Source of the DNA: Raillietiella orientalis
Taxonomy: Eukaryota
Length of the DNA: 64,000 nucleotides
Direction: 5' to 3'
Assembly: GCA_036172245.1 (NCBI GenBank)
Contig: JAYWIR010000032.1
Coordinates: forward strand, 248,001 to 312,000
Below the pieces are notes generated by a model that was not told the origin of the DNA, made no database searches, and was given only the letters and a program-made list of their open reading frames with translations. Within the stretch, counting starts at the first letter, position 1. Every line of letters begins with the position of its first letter. Below, piece after piece: positions 49,070 through 61,950 of this stretch. The translations under genes and the position numbers were made by a program.

Positions 49070-49700
49070 GAACACCTCGATCCAACAGTCGTGGGGCCGC
49101 GTCCTGCCACTTCAGGGAAAGGCACGAGCTGTCCGTCATCGCTGGGGCCACGTCCCGAATGTTTCCTGGGGCTCTAAAGAGCTCACCCGTTGGATATGGT
49201 CATTGGCTGGCTCCCGAGCCATCAAGAGGTTTTCCTGCAGCTCGAAATCTCGCAGGAAACCTCCAGCCTTGCCGGTGATTTGGCGTCGGGAACCTCCTAA
49301 ACGGCGGACACCTCTGTGGAGAAAATAGTGGCTGTCGAGAAAGCCAAGAGCTACGGCTCACTGCTCACCGTCTGTACGGATCGACTGGCGCCTCAGGGCC
49401 GAGGTGACTTCATGCGCAAAGAAGAAGGGGACTTTTAGGCATCGTGGACTGGCTTTGGAATGCAGGAGGTGATGAAGCGTTTAGGGCCTCGAGAATTCCC
49501 AAGGGTTCCCGAGACCTTGCCCTCCCTAGCAAGATGGTACACCCGAGCATCCAGGATCTCCGGGATCTGCAGTGACGTCATCAGATGGGAAATCACCCCC
49601 AGCGAGAGAGCAGGCCGCCTCACCGCTTCACCAGCTACTTGATCCCGCGAATGCGCTCCCTGGCTGATCCGCTTGCTGACGGAGTGACAAAGCTCCTAGG
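49070..49700 (-). mobile_element. Decayed ORF2 C-terminal fragment (a homologous + strand piece lies at ~45510-45660)
   Basis: GELF..P...PAM.D...LKWQD-like sequence; LQIPEILDA resembling LREILED. Confidence 0.55.
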
Positions 49701-52700
49701 TAACTGTGGAATGGGTGGAAACATCAGCCGACTTGGTTGTGAGTCTCACGAAGATGAGGCTCGTCTTCGTGAAAAGATCTGCACTGACCGAGATGCTCGC
49801 TTTCGATGGCACCGCCTGACTTCAGGACGCTGGTGCATGTTTTTTTCCCGGAAATTGGGGTTTGACGACAAGCGATGCCGGAACATGCGATTGGGAAATT
49901 TCCACAGCCGGGAATTCTCCTGCTGGCAGTAGGGGAAAAGTACGGAAGTTGCTTCATCAGACTAAAATGCAAGCGGGGGTGGAAAAAGAATGTGCTGCTT
50001 TTGTCTCCTCGCCTGCCTCGAGCCGGTTGAAGGGATTACTGGGAGTGCTTGGTGTAACCAAGGGCCATGAGGTCAATACTAGCGGCTCGAAAGGTGGTAG
50101 AAAAGGAAATTTGGTTCGAGACGAAAGTGCTCCGCCCCTTCATGATACGAATCTGCTTGTCGACGGCTTTCCTGGTGCACCCACGTGAAGACATGCACGG
50201 ATTCCCGATTCTAGTTTATTCGGAAGAGAGCACGACTTCCATCAAATTCATTGACCAATGTCGGTGGAGGTTCGATGGTTTCCCCACTTCCTGGTTGCAC
50301 AAGCTGCCGCTTTCTGCTTCCTTTGGATGCTCAGTGCTGATCTTCGCGATGCGATGCGTGCAGACGGTGAAGAAAAGCGTGTGCTTGCTCTTCTCGGTGA
50401 CAGTTGGCTTGAAATTTCTGGAAACTTCCCGTTAACGCTGCTCTTTGTGTAGTATGCGGAACGTGATAAAAGCTCTTGATATTGATAAGTGCGATGTCTC
50501 ACCCACGTTCGAGGACCCACACCAAAGAGTAAGGATTCCCCCTCTGGAATCCCCGTGCTTTGCACAGTGAGCTGCAGACATCTCTGTTGTCATTCTAGGA
50601 GCGAAGCCTTCCGTACACAGCATTAATTACCTGGCTGTGCAGGCCAGAGAGGTCATCATCATGATAACTTCGTACTGGTATGGGAGTCTTTTCATCAGGG
50701 CTTCGGCCCATCGCGCTTGGTTCACCTGCCTCCGAACATCTTCGTTCTCCTTTTCAGAACTGACAGAACACCTCGGAAGGTCATTCAATCAGGATGTTGC
50801 TGAGGCAGCACGTCTCGGTTTTTTTTTTTTCGGGTCTATTTGCACGCTTTACCTCAAGTCCTGTTTCTCTGCAAGGAGAACTCCATCGTCCATCCAGGAC
50901 AAAATGGAATCTTCCAGCTTTCGTGGAATAACTCAGTAGGCACACTGAGTAGCAGAGGATATAGTCCCGGGACTTCTTAATGCCTCTACGGATCTCAGTG
51001 CAGCAGAGGTTTCAGAATCTGAACGTGTAAGCGTGGGGTGCGGTTTCGAAGGCGTTGGCCAAGCCCACGACGGGAAATCAAGTATTTTTCCAATGCCTCC
51101 TCCAGCCTCGTTCTTCTAATCTTCTCCTCGTATAGCCTGGTTTGGAGGACAAAATTTTGCTCAATGACCCTATCAGAAGGCAGGAATCCTTTCTCTTTCG
51201 TATGAGTGATGTTCACGACCCACTTGTGGGAACACTACATGCAAACGTAGTATGGGGTCAACGGTGGCAATCGGTTTGTGATTTCATTGGACGGCAGAGC
51301 TGCTCAGTTAGCAGGAACGATCCCACTTCCATTTTGGTCTCTCTTTCAGTCCATTCCTCCCACCCTCATTCTCTCCCTTTTTCGTTTCCTAAGAGATTAC
51401 AAGACTGAGGGAAAGCAAAAGAATGCATTGAAGCATAAATAAGAATTCCTACTGATAGATGTAGCAACCAAGATGACCACCCTTCGCCATTCACGACAGC
51501 CACAAGCCACTGACCGTTCCATTAAAGACGGCGAAACTCGCTTTCATAGAATTGCTAACGATTTCGCATCTAAAGCTACTTGGGATGACTTGCTTTATAG
51601 AGAGGGCTTCCTCCACAGACGGACTGTGAACTTCGAAAGGCATTTTAGCATCGAAAGCGTCTCTCTTCGAAAGGCATTTTAGCATCGAAACTCTCTTCAT
51701 GGGATCTCCATTAAGACGCGGAGAAGACCGCTCGGTGGCAACACTCGAGTGATTAAGCCCAATGGAAATGCGATACTATCACTAATAGCAGCCATTATTG
51801 TGTAATATCTAGACAGACGAGTTTCTCATAAACCTCAATGACTATTGGTTACGCGGAGCAGCTTCTGTTTTTGAAACCAAGAGTTTTACACCTACATATA
51901 CATGGATTGAGATGTGATTCGCTGCACCAGAAAATCTTCTTTTGAGCAGCAAATCAAACCTTCGCACCGGAATCCTGAGAGAAATAAGCAGGTCTGAAAG
52001 TAAAAGTGACCGTTTCTCGAGCAAAGCTCTTTTCAGGCCATCATATTTTCTGCATTACACTGAGAGCTGCTGAATTCATTTGTTTGGTCTTCGTTTGCAC
52101 GTTCTAAAGAGTCTGCTGTGTCCCAATGGAAACATGATCATTTCCCTCTGCTCATTCTAAAGACCATAATTTCCTCGAAGCAACATCATAATCTTTACGG
52201 AGTTCCAAAAAAGCAAAGGATCTTGTAGAAATTCAACAGCAGTCGGCAATACCTGTTCATCAAGAAAGTATCTTAAGCTGAGTTTAAGATATTTGTATGC
52301 AAAGTGTAGGGTTTGATAAGTTAATTTCCTTTTCGTAATAGAGTCCTCGTAGTCATGGAGAGTGTTAGCGGTGGCAGCAAGAAGGCTGAACCCAAACTTG
52401 AGGGACAAGATGACAACTGGATTTCAAATTATCTCCCGAAGCCATCCCGCAATTCATATCTGTGCTGATTCTCGCTACTCTTGCTTCACTTCTCGTGCCA
52501 GTTGCAGCGAGCGATCAAAAAGCAACTATGGTTAAAGAAGTGGCAGTGTAAGATGAAATGCTTTTCCCGCTTGTCTGGCTCCATACTCTTTTTGCCAATC
52601 GGACATCTTGATCTCATGTAACTCTGATGGAAGACAAAGCAAACTCTATCCCCGCGCCTCGGAGTGATTTCCATTTTCCACATTCGACATCAAGTCCACT

Positions 52701-52949
52701 GAACAACTTGTGGAAAATTTACACAAAGCAGAGACTCCTTTCTACTGTTCATCTTCCAGATAGTGCAAACTAAATTCCCATGGAAAGTCCGTTTGTACAC
52801 TCGTCATGCGGTGCAAGCGAACCTCGTGCTCCAGAAAGACGAGCTTGTGTACAGGGTCTTCCTCAAGATCGAAGCACGAAACAAAAGTGTCTCATGCGTG
52901 TTCATTTCTTGCTTGTGCTGCTGGCCCGGTGCAGATCGGATCAGTTGAT

Positions 52950-53870
52950 AGCGCTATGAGAGCAGTCCTTTCTCTTCCGAGGTGGCTCATTTTCTCTCTC
53001 GTCACTCCGAGTTAGAAATGCCCTCTGAATTACGGTCCAAGAAGAAAAATAAAGGTGCCGGGGTACACTGGGCAAAGGAAGACTACGCGCATGAGCTTCA
53101 ACCCTTTGAGTGCTGTTAACGCATAGATGCGTCTGGCAAATGTTTTTTATCTTATACTCGTGACATGAGTTAGCACAGTAAACAGAATTAGCCTTATAGT
53201 TAGCAAAATTTAACAAATAGTTAACAAAATTAACCGAGAATAGTTATAAATATCGGCTAACTGTTCCCGGTTTTTCAGAAGGTCACCTCTCTGAAAAACG
53301 GGAAGAGCACAATGTTATAGTCGAGTCGTATACAATTTATTACACTGTAGCACGCCCAAATGAATCATTGATTTTATTGGAATTATAGTTATAATGTTAA
53401 TTATAGTTAAAATATGTTTGGGAAAGAAGAGAACTTTATTAATTACTTTATTTAATGTGGTGTAAGTGAACAACTGCAATGGTAACTTTAATGAGCACTT
53501 TTATACAAAGTCAGAAGGTACCCACGAAAAAGCGTTCCGCCCACGGAGGTCGCAGCTACGACCCGCGTGCCGTCAGCACAGAACGTCGTTAATGATGATG
53601 AGCTCCGCACCCAAAGGGTTAAAATGTGCACTGAAGTGAGACGTCCGTGCAGAGTGCGGTACGAAAGGACAGCATGCAGAGGGCAGCTAGTAGTGGCAAC
53701 CAACCGGTCTCCAAAGTCCGATCTTCCGCGCTCCCTGACTTTGTTGTGAGAAAGAAGAAGAACGCCATCATTCTGGATGCTGCCTGCCCCACTCGAAAAT
53801 AGAGAAGACGCGTTTAAGGAGGAGTCCTATGAGGACAAAGAACGAAAACAGGAAGCCATTGGAAGGTAAC
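52950..53870 (+). mobile_element. Decayed RLE-type LINE C-terminus (NeSL/Utopia-like), split by a MITE
   Basis: LPDFVVRKKKNAIILDAACP..ENREDAF at ~53730-53820; knuckle-like traces flank the MITE. Confidence 0.55.
53102..53618. mobile_element. piggyBac-like non-autonomous element (MITE, 517 bp)
   Basis: TIRs CCCTTTGAGTGC / GCACCCAAAGGG (11/12 match), flanked by TCAA and TTAA. AT-rich non-coding interior with an internal hairpin at ~53264-53304. Confidence 0.72.
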
Positions 53871-56800
53871 CGGCATGTCGAGGGGCGCCGTCATGTTAGA
53901 ATCCAGCATTCTATCCTGATGACCGACGAGAACGAAGAGGACGACTTTGAGATGGTGGAGAGAGATCCGTCCCATTTATCCCATGAGAACATAGCAAATA
54001 TATAAAAGGAATCTGTGAAAGGCCCACTTTTTTAAAGAGATCATGTGAGATCATAGCGAATGCATGGAGGCTGAAGGCTTGCTCCCAAGGGATGGATTGA
54101 CCGCAAAAATGTGTTTCAATTGGCTGCAGGCAGTCATGACAGAAATGCACGGAAAAGTTTCTAAAAATACATACCACATCAGAGTTTTGAGGATTTTGCC
54201 TTTCCGGATTCCCGTTGGAAATATTCTGTCGTCGATGACGTGGCCATGCGCAGCATTGCCATCTCCGCTGTAGCGAAAATCTGCTGAATAACCCATGCGC
54301 GTTCCAAGAGAGCGTTGCGACCTCGAAGTCTCGCACACTTGCTGTGGGAGAACTCCCCTCTCTCTAAATTTCCAGCCGAAGCAATAACATAGAGTGTCTT
54401 TTAGACGGGAATAGTCTTTCTAATACTTGTCTAAGAGCAGTTTCAGGTTTCAAGTGAAATGTGACTTGTTTCCATGAGGTAAGCCTGAATTTGAGGAACC
54501 GGTTCAGAGCTTGGACCCAGTTTGACTTTTCCGTTTTCAGAAGAAATGTCCAATCAATTATTCCTGCTTAGGAAAAAAAGTTCGCATCAAAAAGTGCTAG
54601 TAAAAATGCTGAAGCATCAAAGATTTCCAGTATCTCACTGCTGATAAGAGCTTTGCTTCCATCGTTAAGATCAGTATGAGTAGCAAATTTATTGCTCAGT
54701 AGATTAGAATGAAATACAACCATGCATCCTAGGTTCCAAGAAGGGAAAGAAGTTTGGAAAACATGTCTGCAGGACAGAAGGATCTCTTTCTTAATTCCTT
54801 AATGGTCTCCGAGATTTCCAACACGTGGATAATTTACAGAATAGTAACTGCCGTGGTACGGAGCAGCGAAGAAAATCGATGACACAAATGCACTGAGTAT
54901 GCTCTTGCATGTACAAACGTTTCGTTTCATGGGATAAGCAGGTTTAATTACACGTACCTTTTTCTTCACGGTGGGAACTGTCAGCAATGTATCCAAAGAT
55001 TTGGAAAGCGCGCTACCTGTTGTGATGGAAACGCTGAACCGTTAGCGAAAGCACACACCCTAGACTTTGCCATCCCTTGAAATATAATTGATGCTTAGAT
55101 GAGCGGTGAAGTCTCGCATCCTGTTCTGCTGAAATGTTTCTTTTTTGCTAACCATGGAGCTCACGCCAAGCCGTCACGTTTTTTAAAAAGCGATCTCGGT
55201 TTCTCTCTTGTCTGTCCAGATTCCAGCTTTTCGATTCGTCTCTGCTATGTTAGAGCACCGAGCACTCCATTTTCAGGAAACCCAGTCAGTGAAAAAAGTC
55301 CTTGCAGTATCGCGAAGGGAGTCCTGGGGACAGCTCGCTGCTTGACTGTCTCAGGCTTGCCCGAAGGTCACTTGCGTGCAAACGTCGTCTTCGCATCCCC
55401 TTAGCAGAGAAACATTTGGCCACTGATGTCAAGCGAAAAACGAGGAAATCAACCCGAGGCATTTCATTGGTGAAGAAAGTTTTGGAATTTCCCCCAGGAA
55501 CAGCAGCAAGCTGGTGTTTGCTCATTTCCATGAATCTCTATTTCAACTAGGTTGCTATGCTGCTCGACTCATAAACAAGTCTCTCTGCTGATTTTCTGAG
55601 CCGACTGGCATCGGAACAAGGCATCCACTGTAGCAGTTTTCCCAAATAAACCTCTCGATGATGTATCTATACCGTCCGGGTGGATGAGTTTCTGGAGATG
55701 ACTCCAGAAACTCTTTGCATATACATCAACAAAGTAAATCACTGTAAAAACAGAACAGATACTGCTTGTGCCTCTGAAGAGGCAAGCTTCCACATCGACA
55801 AAATTAATTTTTACGCTCAGAAGCCCAGAGGCAAAAGAGTCGCATCAGGCAAGATGGGAAGATCTTCTAAAGCAGGAAGAGCAAACGTCTGAAAATTGAA
55901 TAAAAGACCGAACCAGAAGAAACAAATGGAAAACGAAAAGGAAGAGTCAGGCAACAGCAGCCTTGGGAAACAAAGGCCTTCTCGATCGTTCCAGCTGCGA
56001 AATAAAGGGCTTCCCGAAATTCCCGTGCATGTGCTTAGCAACGATGTCAAAAAAAGTAGCAGTATTTAGCGGGAGAGGGGGAAAAGGCACGCGGACACAT
56101 TGGGTTTAGGGGTTCTCAAAGTTCCTCTAGGCCGGGGTTGATTCATCACATTCTGACGTAGGGGTGCACCGAGTACAAGATGGACACGCAGGGTGGAGGC
56201 AAAAGATTCTGTAGAACATCATTGTATCTCGAGACGATTTCGCTGTTGCTAACCGCAGTGATAGACTAAAAATTAGTGCTACCAGGATGAAGACATACCT
56301 GACTGAAAGCGACCAGTCGACTGGAGAACTGGTCAGCTAACTCGTTAGGCAGTTGGCTTCCACGATGTTTGTGTCTTTCTACTCCGTCTGCGATGAAAGA
56401 AAAAGTGTATCTTCTTTTTCTATCAGCCAATTTCGGAAATGCAAAAAACACTCTGCAGTAGAAAAATGGCCATCCACCTGGGAATAATTAAGAACAAGAA
56501 ATTCGGATCGGTTTCTAGGCAACGTCGGACTATTCTGCTTGTTAAGGACGCTTCCTTCATCCATCTTACGTGAAAATTTCCATCTAATTGGGAAGTTGCG
56601 TTTCCTAATTATGCAAGATTGATTGAGAAAGAGTTTGCAACGCGAGCATTTGAAGTTGCAAGCCACAAGCATCGAAGAACATGGAACTACCATAAGGAGC
56701 GACGGGGAAAAGAAATGGAAAGAAAAAAAAACACACTTTGATTTATGAACGCCAGAAGTGCATAGGATATTGACACACGTATATTCCATATTTTAATAGG

Positions 56801-58699
56801 ATGATCGAAATGTATGTGCAAATATCATTGGAAATCGAGCGAAGAGAAAACGCTGTCCCTCATAGTTTTTGATTTACTCATTTACCAATTAACATCAGTA
56901 CAAATATTCAGCATTAAACACCGAAATTCATGGTATTTGATGGCAAAATTTCTAAAGGGAGCAAAAAGGCCATCAACAAACGTATCCCGACGCTCAGCAG
57001 GATACGTTTACAGGTTGCTCTCCACTAGACGTTTAAGCATTGCTTCTGCCAGACATCGGATGTCTGGACTGTGATCACGGTGACTGAGTGCCAAGACAAG
57101 AAGAAACAAAAACGTGAAAGTCTGCCTCGGCGATAGGTTCGAAAAGATCGAACACGGGCCACGGGATTAGGGTAGCCCGAGGAGCAGTGGAGCATCGGGT
57201 TCTGGCTTGCCACTTACCTTTCCTGGATTCTCTTTTGTCTGTTTCGGTGGCAACTGGTCATTCACGCTGGGGGCGGCTGCTGATCAGAAGCCTACAAAAC
57301 GAGCTAAGAGTTCTTCCGCAACGCTTACGGTAAGGATGGAGATCCTGATCCTCATTTCTCGTGTCCGAATTCGGCAACGCGTAGAGGTCACAGGATCGAC
57401 ATGGCCGTGCAACCGTTAACTACAGCTTCAAGTGGGAGCAGAGTGAGTGTTCTACCAGGCTTTTATTCTATTTTTTCGGCTTGCATCCAGTCTGTAGACT
57501 CTAAAAGTGCTGGCTTTCCTGGAGGGTCCCTTTCTTTCCTTGTGATTACCAAAATACCAAGGCACTCGGAGTGCATTCGGCGACTCAAGATTCCGGTAGC
57601 TGCGTGGCTCTTTGCAGGGACCAGCTATTCAGGGCACCCTACGCCGAAAGCAGAAATCGATCACCTCTGAATCTTCTCGCTCTCCAGCGCGGCGTCCACC
57701 CGTCAACGTGGGCCACGTACTCCTGGTGGTAGAAATCGCTTGTTGGGGAGCCCAGGAGACCGTTCTCCTAAGCTTGCTGCAGACGTGGGTGGCAAGGCCA
57801 AACGCACCTTCCTCCCCGCTCTCGAAGCACTTGTTTCTTGTGGAAGTTCAAACTGCTACTCGCCGTCTGCCTCCATAAGAATATCTGGAGCCATCAGAAC
57901 GGATTCTGGATACCGAGATCCCAGAGCCAGAGGGCTTCTGTTTCTTCTTCCGGAGCTCCTGAGTCCGATAAGCCACTCCGGAAAGGTCTAGGAATCCTGG
58001 AAAATTCCCTCAAATCGCGTTTCACAGGGAATACGGGCAGCATGGAAACCTCGGTCCAAGCGCTTTCTTCTGTGCCAGCTCTTCCCAACAGTCTTTCTTC
58101 TTCTTTTTTCTTTATCCGCTAAGATTTTTTTCCTTTGCTGTCCTTTGCGGAGACGGCGGCGGCGAGCTGCTCGACGAACCGGAACCGAGATTACCTCGCG
58201 GTGGTAGGAAGTCCCTGGAGCATCCCTGGCGCTCAGCTTCAGACGGCTAGGCCTCGTACCTCCTTAGACGTTGGCACACACCAGGCAAGCTCGGGAAGGG
58301 GCCTTCCAGGGACTCCTCTGCTTCTGCTCTTCGCGACTTTCTCCAGGGAAAAAGGATGAAGGAAGGTACGGGGCATCGAAAGAAGGAAGAAGAAGACCTT
58401 GGAGACGAGGCCATCCAAGACACTTGGAAACACCTTCCCTCTGGCACTTTGGCAGAGAAGGGAGGAAGGGGCACGGCAATCTCCTTTTTCGGCTATGGGA
58501 GTCATAAGTGGAACCACCAGACCGGCAGGTGGCAGTGCACCTACTCACTTTCGAAGCTTCGTCCAGGAAGTGTTCCAAGATGGACGTGGGACTGCGAGAC
58601 GACGATAACCTCCGGCTCACGGAAGTTCCTCCTCTGGTCGCGGGATCCCCAACCGTGCTGGTCAACGGCAGTGGGGCCGGAAGGTAGGGTCCACCTGCT

Positions 58700-60250
58700 C
58701 CTGGTGCTGTAGCCGGAGGTCGGCATCCTGCTTGGTCTCACTCCACGACGTCCTTTGCTTGCTCGTGAAGGCCATGCTCTTCACTGAGCTGAGCGCACTA
58801 GATCTCCTGCTCGCAGCGGAGTCCACCGATGCGCATTTTGACCTCTCCTTCGTCTCGCAGGTCACGGGGAGTGCGAGTGCACGACAGCGGAATTTCGCGT
58901 GAGTTGGGACGAGACAGGCATCTTTTCCCGGATTTTCCACGTTCTTCCAAGCCCCCTTGTGGATTTCGGAGAAAGGATCTCAGAATAGCAATCATTCGTA
59001 GCGATCCCCTTCCGGTTTGCTACTCGTATCCATCTGCACGTCATCTTGTATCAGCCATTGCAGAACATGATTTAATCCTCCATCTTGAGAACTGGATCTC
59101 AGAATTTCCTTTTTTTTGTTCGTTTTTTTCAAATAAGAAACAAGGAAAAGCACAAAATAAAAACTCTCTGGAGATTCTTCAAGCGTTCGAAAGGGACGAT
59201 GCTTTCCGAAGGTTCTTAGACCGTCCGAAATTTCCAGCATTCCGGAATCATCCTGCACGAAAGCATCCCGGACTCCTGAGAGGATGTAAATTTAAGCTTT
59301 ATGATGTGAATTTCGGGATTGTGATTCGTGCATCTTCGAGATGCGAATTATCCTCAAAAGGCGATTCGCCTTTTGAGAAACAGCCGTTTTCGAAGGCACC
59401 ACTTTCCGCCTAACGCGAACGACCTCGTGCATTTCAACGAGTTCCTACAGGCGTTGCTTCTCCCACGTGGTACGAGGCTCATTTCAAAAGCAAAAGCCGA
59501 TCGGATACAAAGAAAAAACAACAAGACAAACAAAGATGTATTCGCTGTTCTAAACACGTACATCCCCAGGTCATTTTTCTACGTAGTCACCATTTTTTTC
59601 CGAGCACTTTTGATACCGTGGATGGAGCATTTTGGAAACCCTCGAGTCCAATTCTGCCTCCTGGGAGTTCAGCCAGTTCGGCAGCGTCGCAGTTTTCCAC
59701 TCCTTACTTTTCCCCCTCGAATCGTCGAGCCACTTCTGGAGATGCAGGAAGACGTGGTGGTCACTAGACTCTAAGGTGGATGATCAAAATGTTCCCATTT
59801 GAATTTCCTAATTGTCTGGAATGTGCGGACAGCATGCATTGCCAAAGCGCCTTTACTTTTCAGATGCACCTCGTATTTTGGGAAAGACAGGAGAAAAGTA
59901 AGTATGTGAAATTCTCCAGCAGCTGGATGCGAGGAAGCACTCTGTCTCGTGTTGATTCGGTTTGCAGGACTTCGAGTGTTCATCGCACTGCTCCCATGTG
60001 AAACTGAATGATGATGCATATCCCAAGCATTCTGTCTCTCGATTCAACAAATGACCATGGTCTCTCCTTTCCCTCTATTCCGTCTCCCAGTGGAGTCCAT
60101 AAAAGAACTTGGAAGATTTCGTATGCATCAAGAAATGTAGATGCAAGGTACAGCCAGGAACAACTAGTTGCATAAACAGGATTGCGTAGATAAACATCAA
60201 TAAGCACGGGTTAAACCGAAAAGGATTTCAGTTCAATCGAGCGCAAAAGT
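58700..60250 (-). mobile_element. Very decayed EN-RT remnant of a Jockey/CR1-like LINE
   Basis: Ordered traces: LIDVYL, IPECWK, ILSP..GKRCLS, SKCASVD. Confidence 0.4.
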
Positions 60251-61369
60251 TCTTAATGCTGACGGGCATATCTTCATCTGATATCAAATTAAGCCAATTC
60301 AATTCTGTGAGATCCACTGCTCTTTGCTATTTGTTTCTCGGAGAGCTGATTGCTGCGTTTTCCGTAGAAGCTTCCAGGCTGCTTGTGCTTTTATGCCTGT
60401 ACTCTGAACTTTTTTTTCTTCATTATTATTATTTACTGCACTAAGAAGTAGGTCTTCCATCCTACCAAGCCACTAAAATGTTCGGTTCCAACCAAGGAAT
60501 TCGAAACTCGAAATCACACCCCGCCATCAATCGAAAGGGCACATCCAATAAATGTGCTCTTTCAATTGATAGCAGGGTGAGATTTCGAATTTCGAATTCT
60601 TTGGTCGAGACCCAGAATCATTTTATGTCTCAAACTCCTTGTTCCCTATCTAAACTTGCTCATTTCAATCAGATTTATGGAACGATTGGGTCACTTCTGG
60701 AGTGCATCCATTCCAACTCTGTGTCTTCTCTACTCAGATTTCCACAATGAAAGAGATGGAATGCGGGATCTTTCTCGATTTTGGATGGAAACTCATGCCG
60801 CAGATTAGATTGAGTAAAATGTGTTTCTTCTTATTTATTTATTTATTTTTTTACCAGCAGGATTTGTGGGACGATTTATTAGACGCCGTAGAGATTATTT
60901 ATGAGAAGCCGTAGTTTCTCTGAAATGCCCGGATCTGCTTGTGTTTGTGTTTCCTATGAGACGTGGATGAAGTCCATGTGGATCGCTCAGGCGGACTTCG
61001 ACTTGCTGCATACATTCTGATTACGTCAGATGTGGTTGTCTCTAATGGCCTCAGTTCAAAGGTTCCTCGAATCGTAGTAGGATGGGCTCGTCCAAATAGA
61101 AAAATTGTTCCTTCACTTTGGATCAGTCGTTGCTCTTCGTAAAATATCTACGAAGGACGTTGTTTGTTCTTTTTCCCATTGTGCTTATCGTGATGCTCGA
61201 GTTTGTTTTCCGCTTCAGCACTTTCTTGGGATTTGTTCTTCGACATCCTAAGGCTTTTTCGAAGAGTTTCCAAGGTAACATCCGAAGGCTCTTGACATGA
61301 GCATGTCGCATCCACGGCTTCCTGTCCTCCGTTTCGCGAAAGCTGATCTCTGCATCTAGCCGTTGGTGT

Positions 61370-61950
61370 CCCGTGTGACGTGGGCTGCATAGATGTCCCT
61401 GGCATACCGGATGCAAGAAGTCACCACTTTGTGCCTCATTATCACCAAGTGCTTATTCGGAATTCCAAGAGCCTGCAGCACTTTTTCGTTATCTGGGTCC
61501 CAGACTCCCAGAGAGCCAATGATGAAAGCATGCATCCTACATTTCTTCCCCTCTCTGCCTCTCTGCCTTCCTTGTGCTTTTCCTGACTACTCCGAACGCC
61601 TCTCCTCCACCCTTGTACGGGAGGCAGGTGTCCAGCACTATGAACCAGTTTCCTTTTTTCATACCAAAGTCCGTTCTTAAGAGGAAGTTCGTTCCTGAAA
61701 CTTTCTGGTTAGTTAGTGGAAACTGGGGTCCACTTTTCTTCATTCACTGCGGCCTTGGTGATCACCTCTTGCATCGCATCGTGTCGCGCACGGACAGACG
61801 GAAGTGTCTCTTGCGTCTGTTCAATATGTGAGGCAACGTTTCGTCTTCCGTCCGGCAGCGCCAACACGCACGTTCTTCTGGTTTCATCCTGGACCCAGCC
61901 CTGACTGGGAGGGCGCTTAGCCTGGCTGAGTGGATGTATCTGTATTCCTG
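61370..61950 (-). mobile_element. RLE-type non-LTR retrotransposon C-terminus (NeSL/Utopia-like): CCHC + restriction-like endonuclease, defective
   Basis: CWRCRTEDETLPHILN..RHDAMQ; LRTDFGMKKG..VLDTCLPYKGGGEAF; GSLGVWDPDNEKVLQALG...RYARDIYAAH. Confidence 0.8.

Noticed and set aside
45510..49190. Inverted repeat between ~45535-45650 and ~49075-49190 as TIRs of a DNA transposon
   Set aside because: Both are homologous LINE ORF2 fragments in opposite orientation.
51631..51690. 26-bp direct repeat CTTCGAAAGGCATTTTAGCATCGAAA x2
   Set aside because: Only two copies with an 8-bp spacer: a local duplication, not a CRISPR array.
55550..58700. Traces of an endonuclease and a gag-like ORF
   Set aside because: Too degraded to assign strand, boundaries or family by eye.
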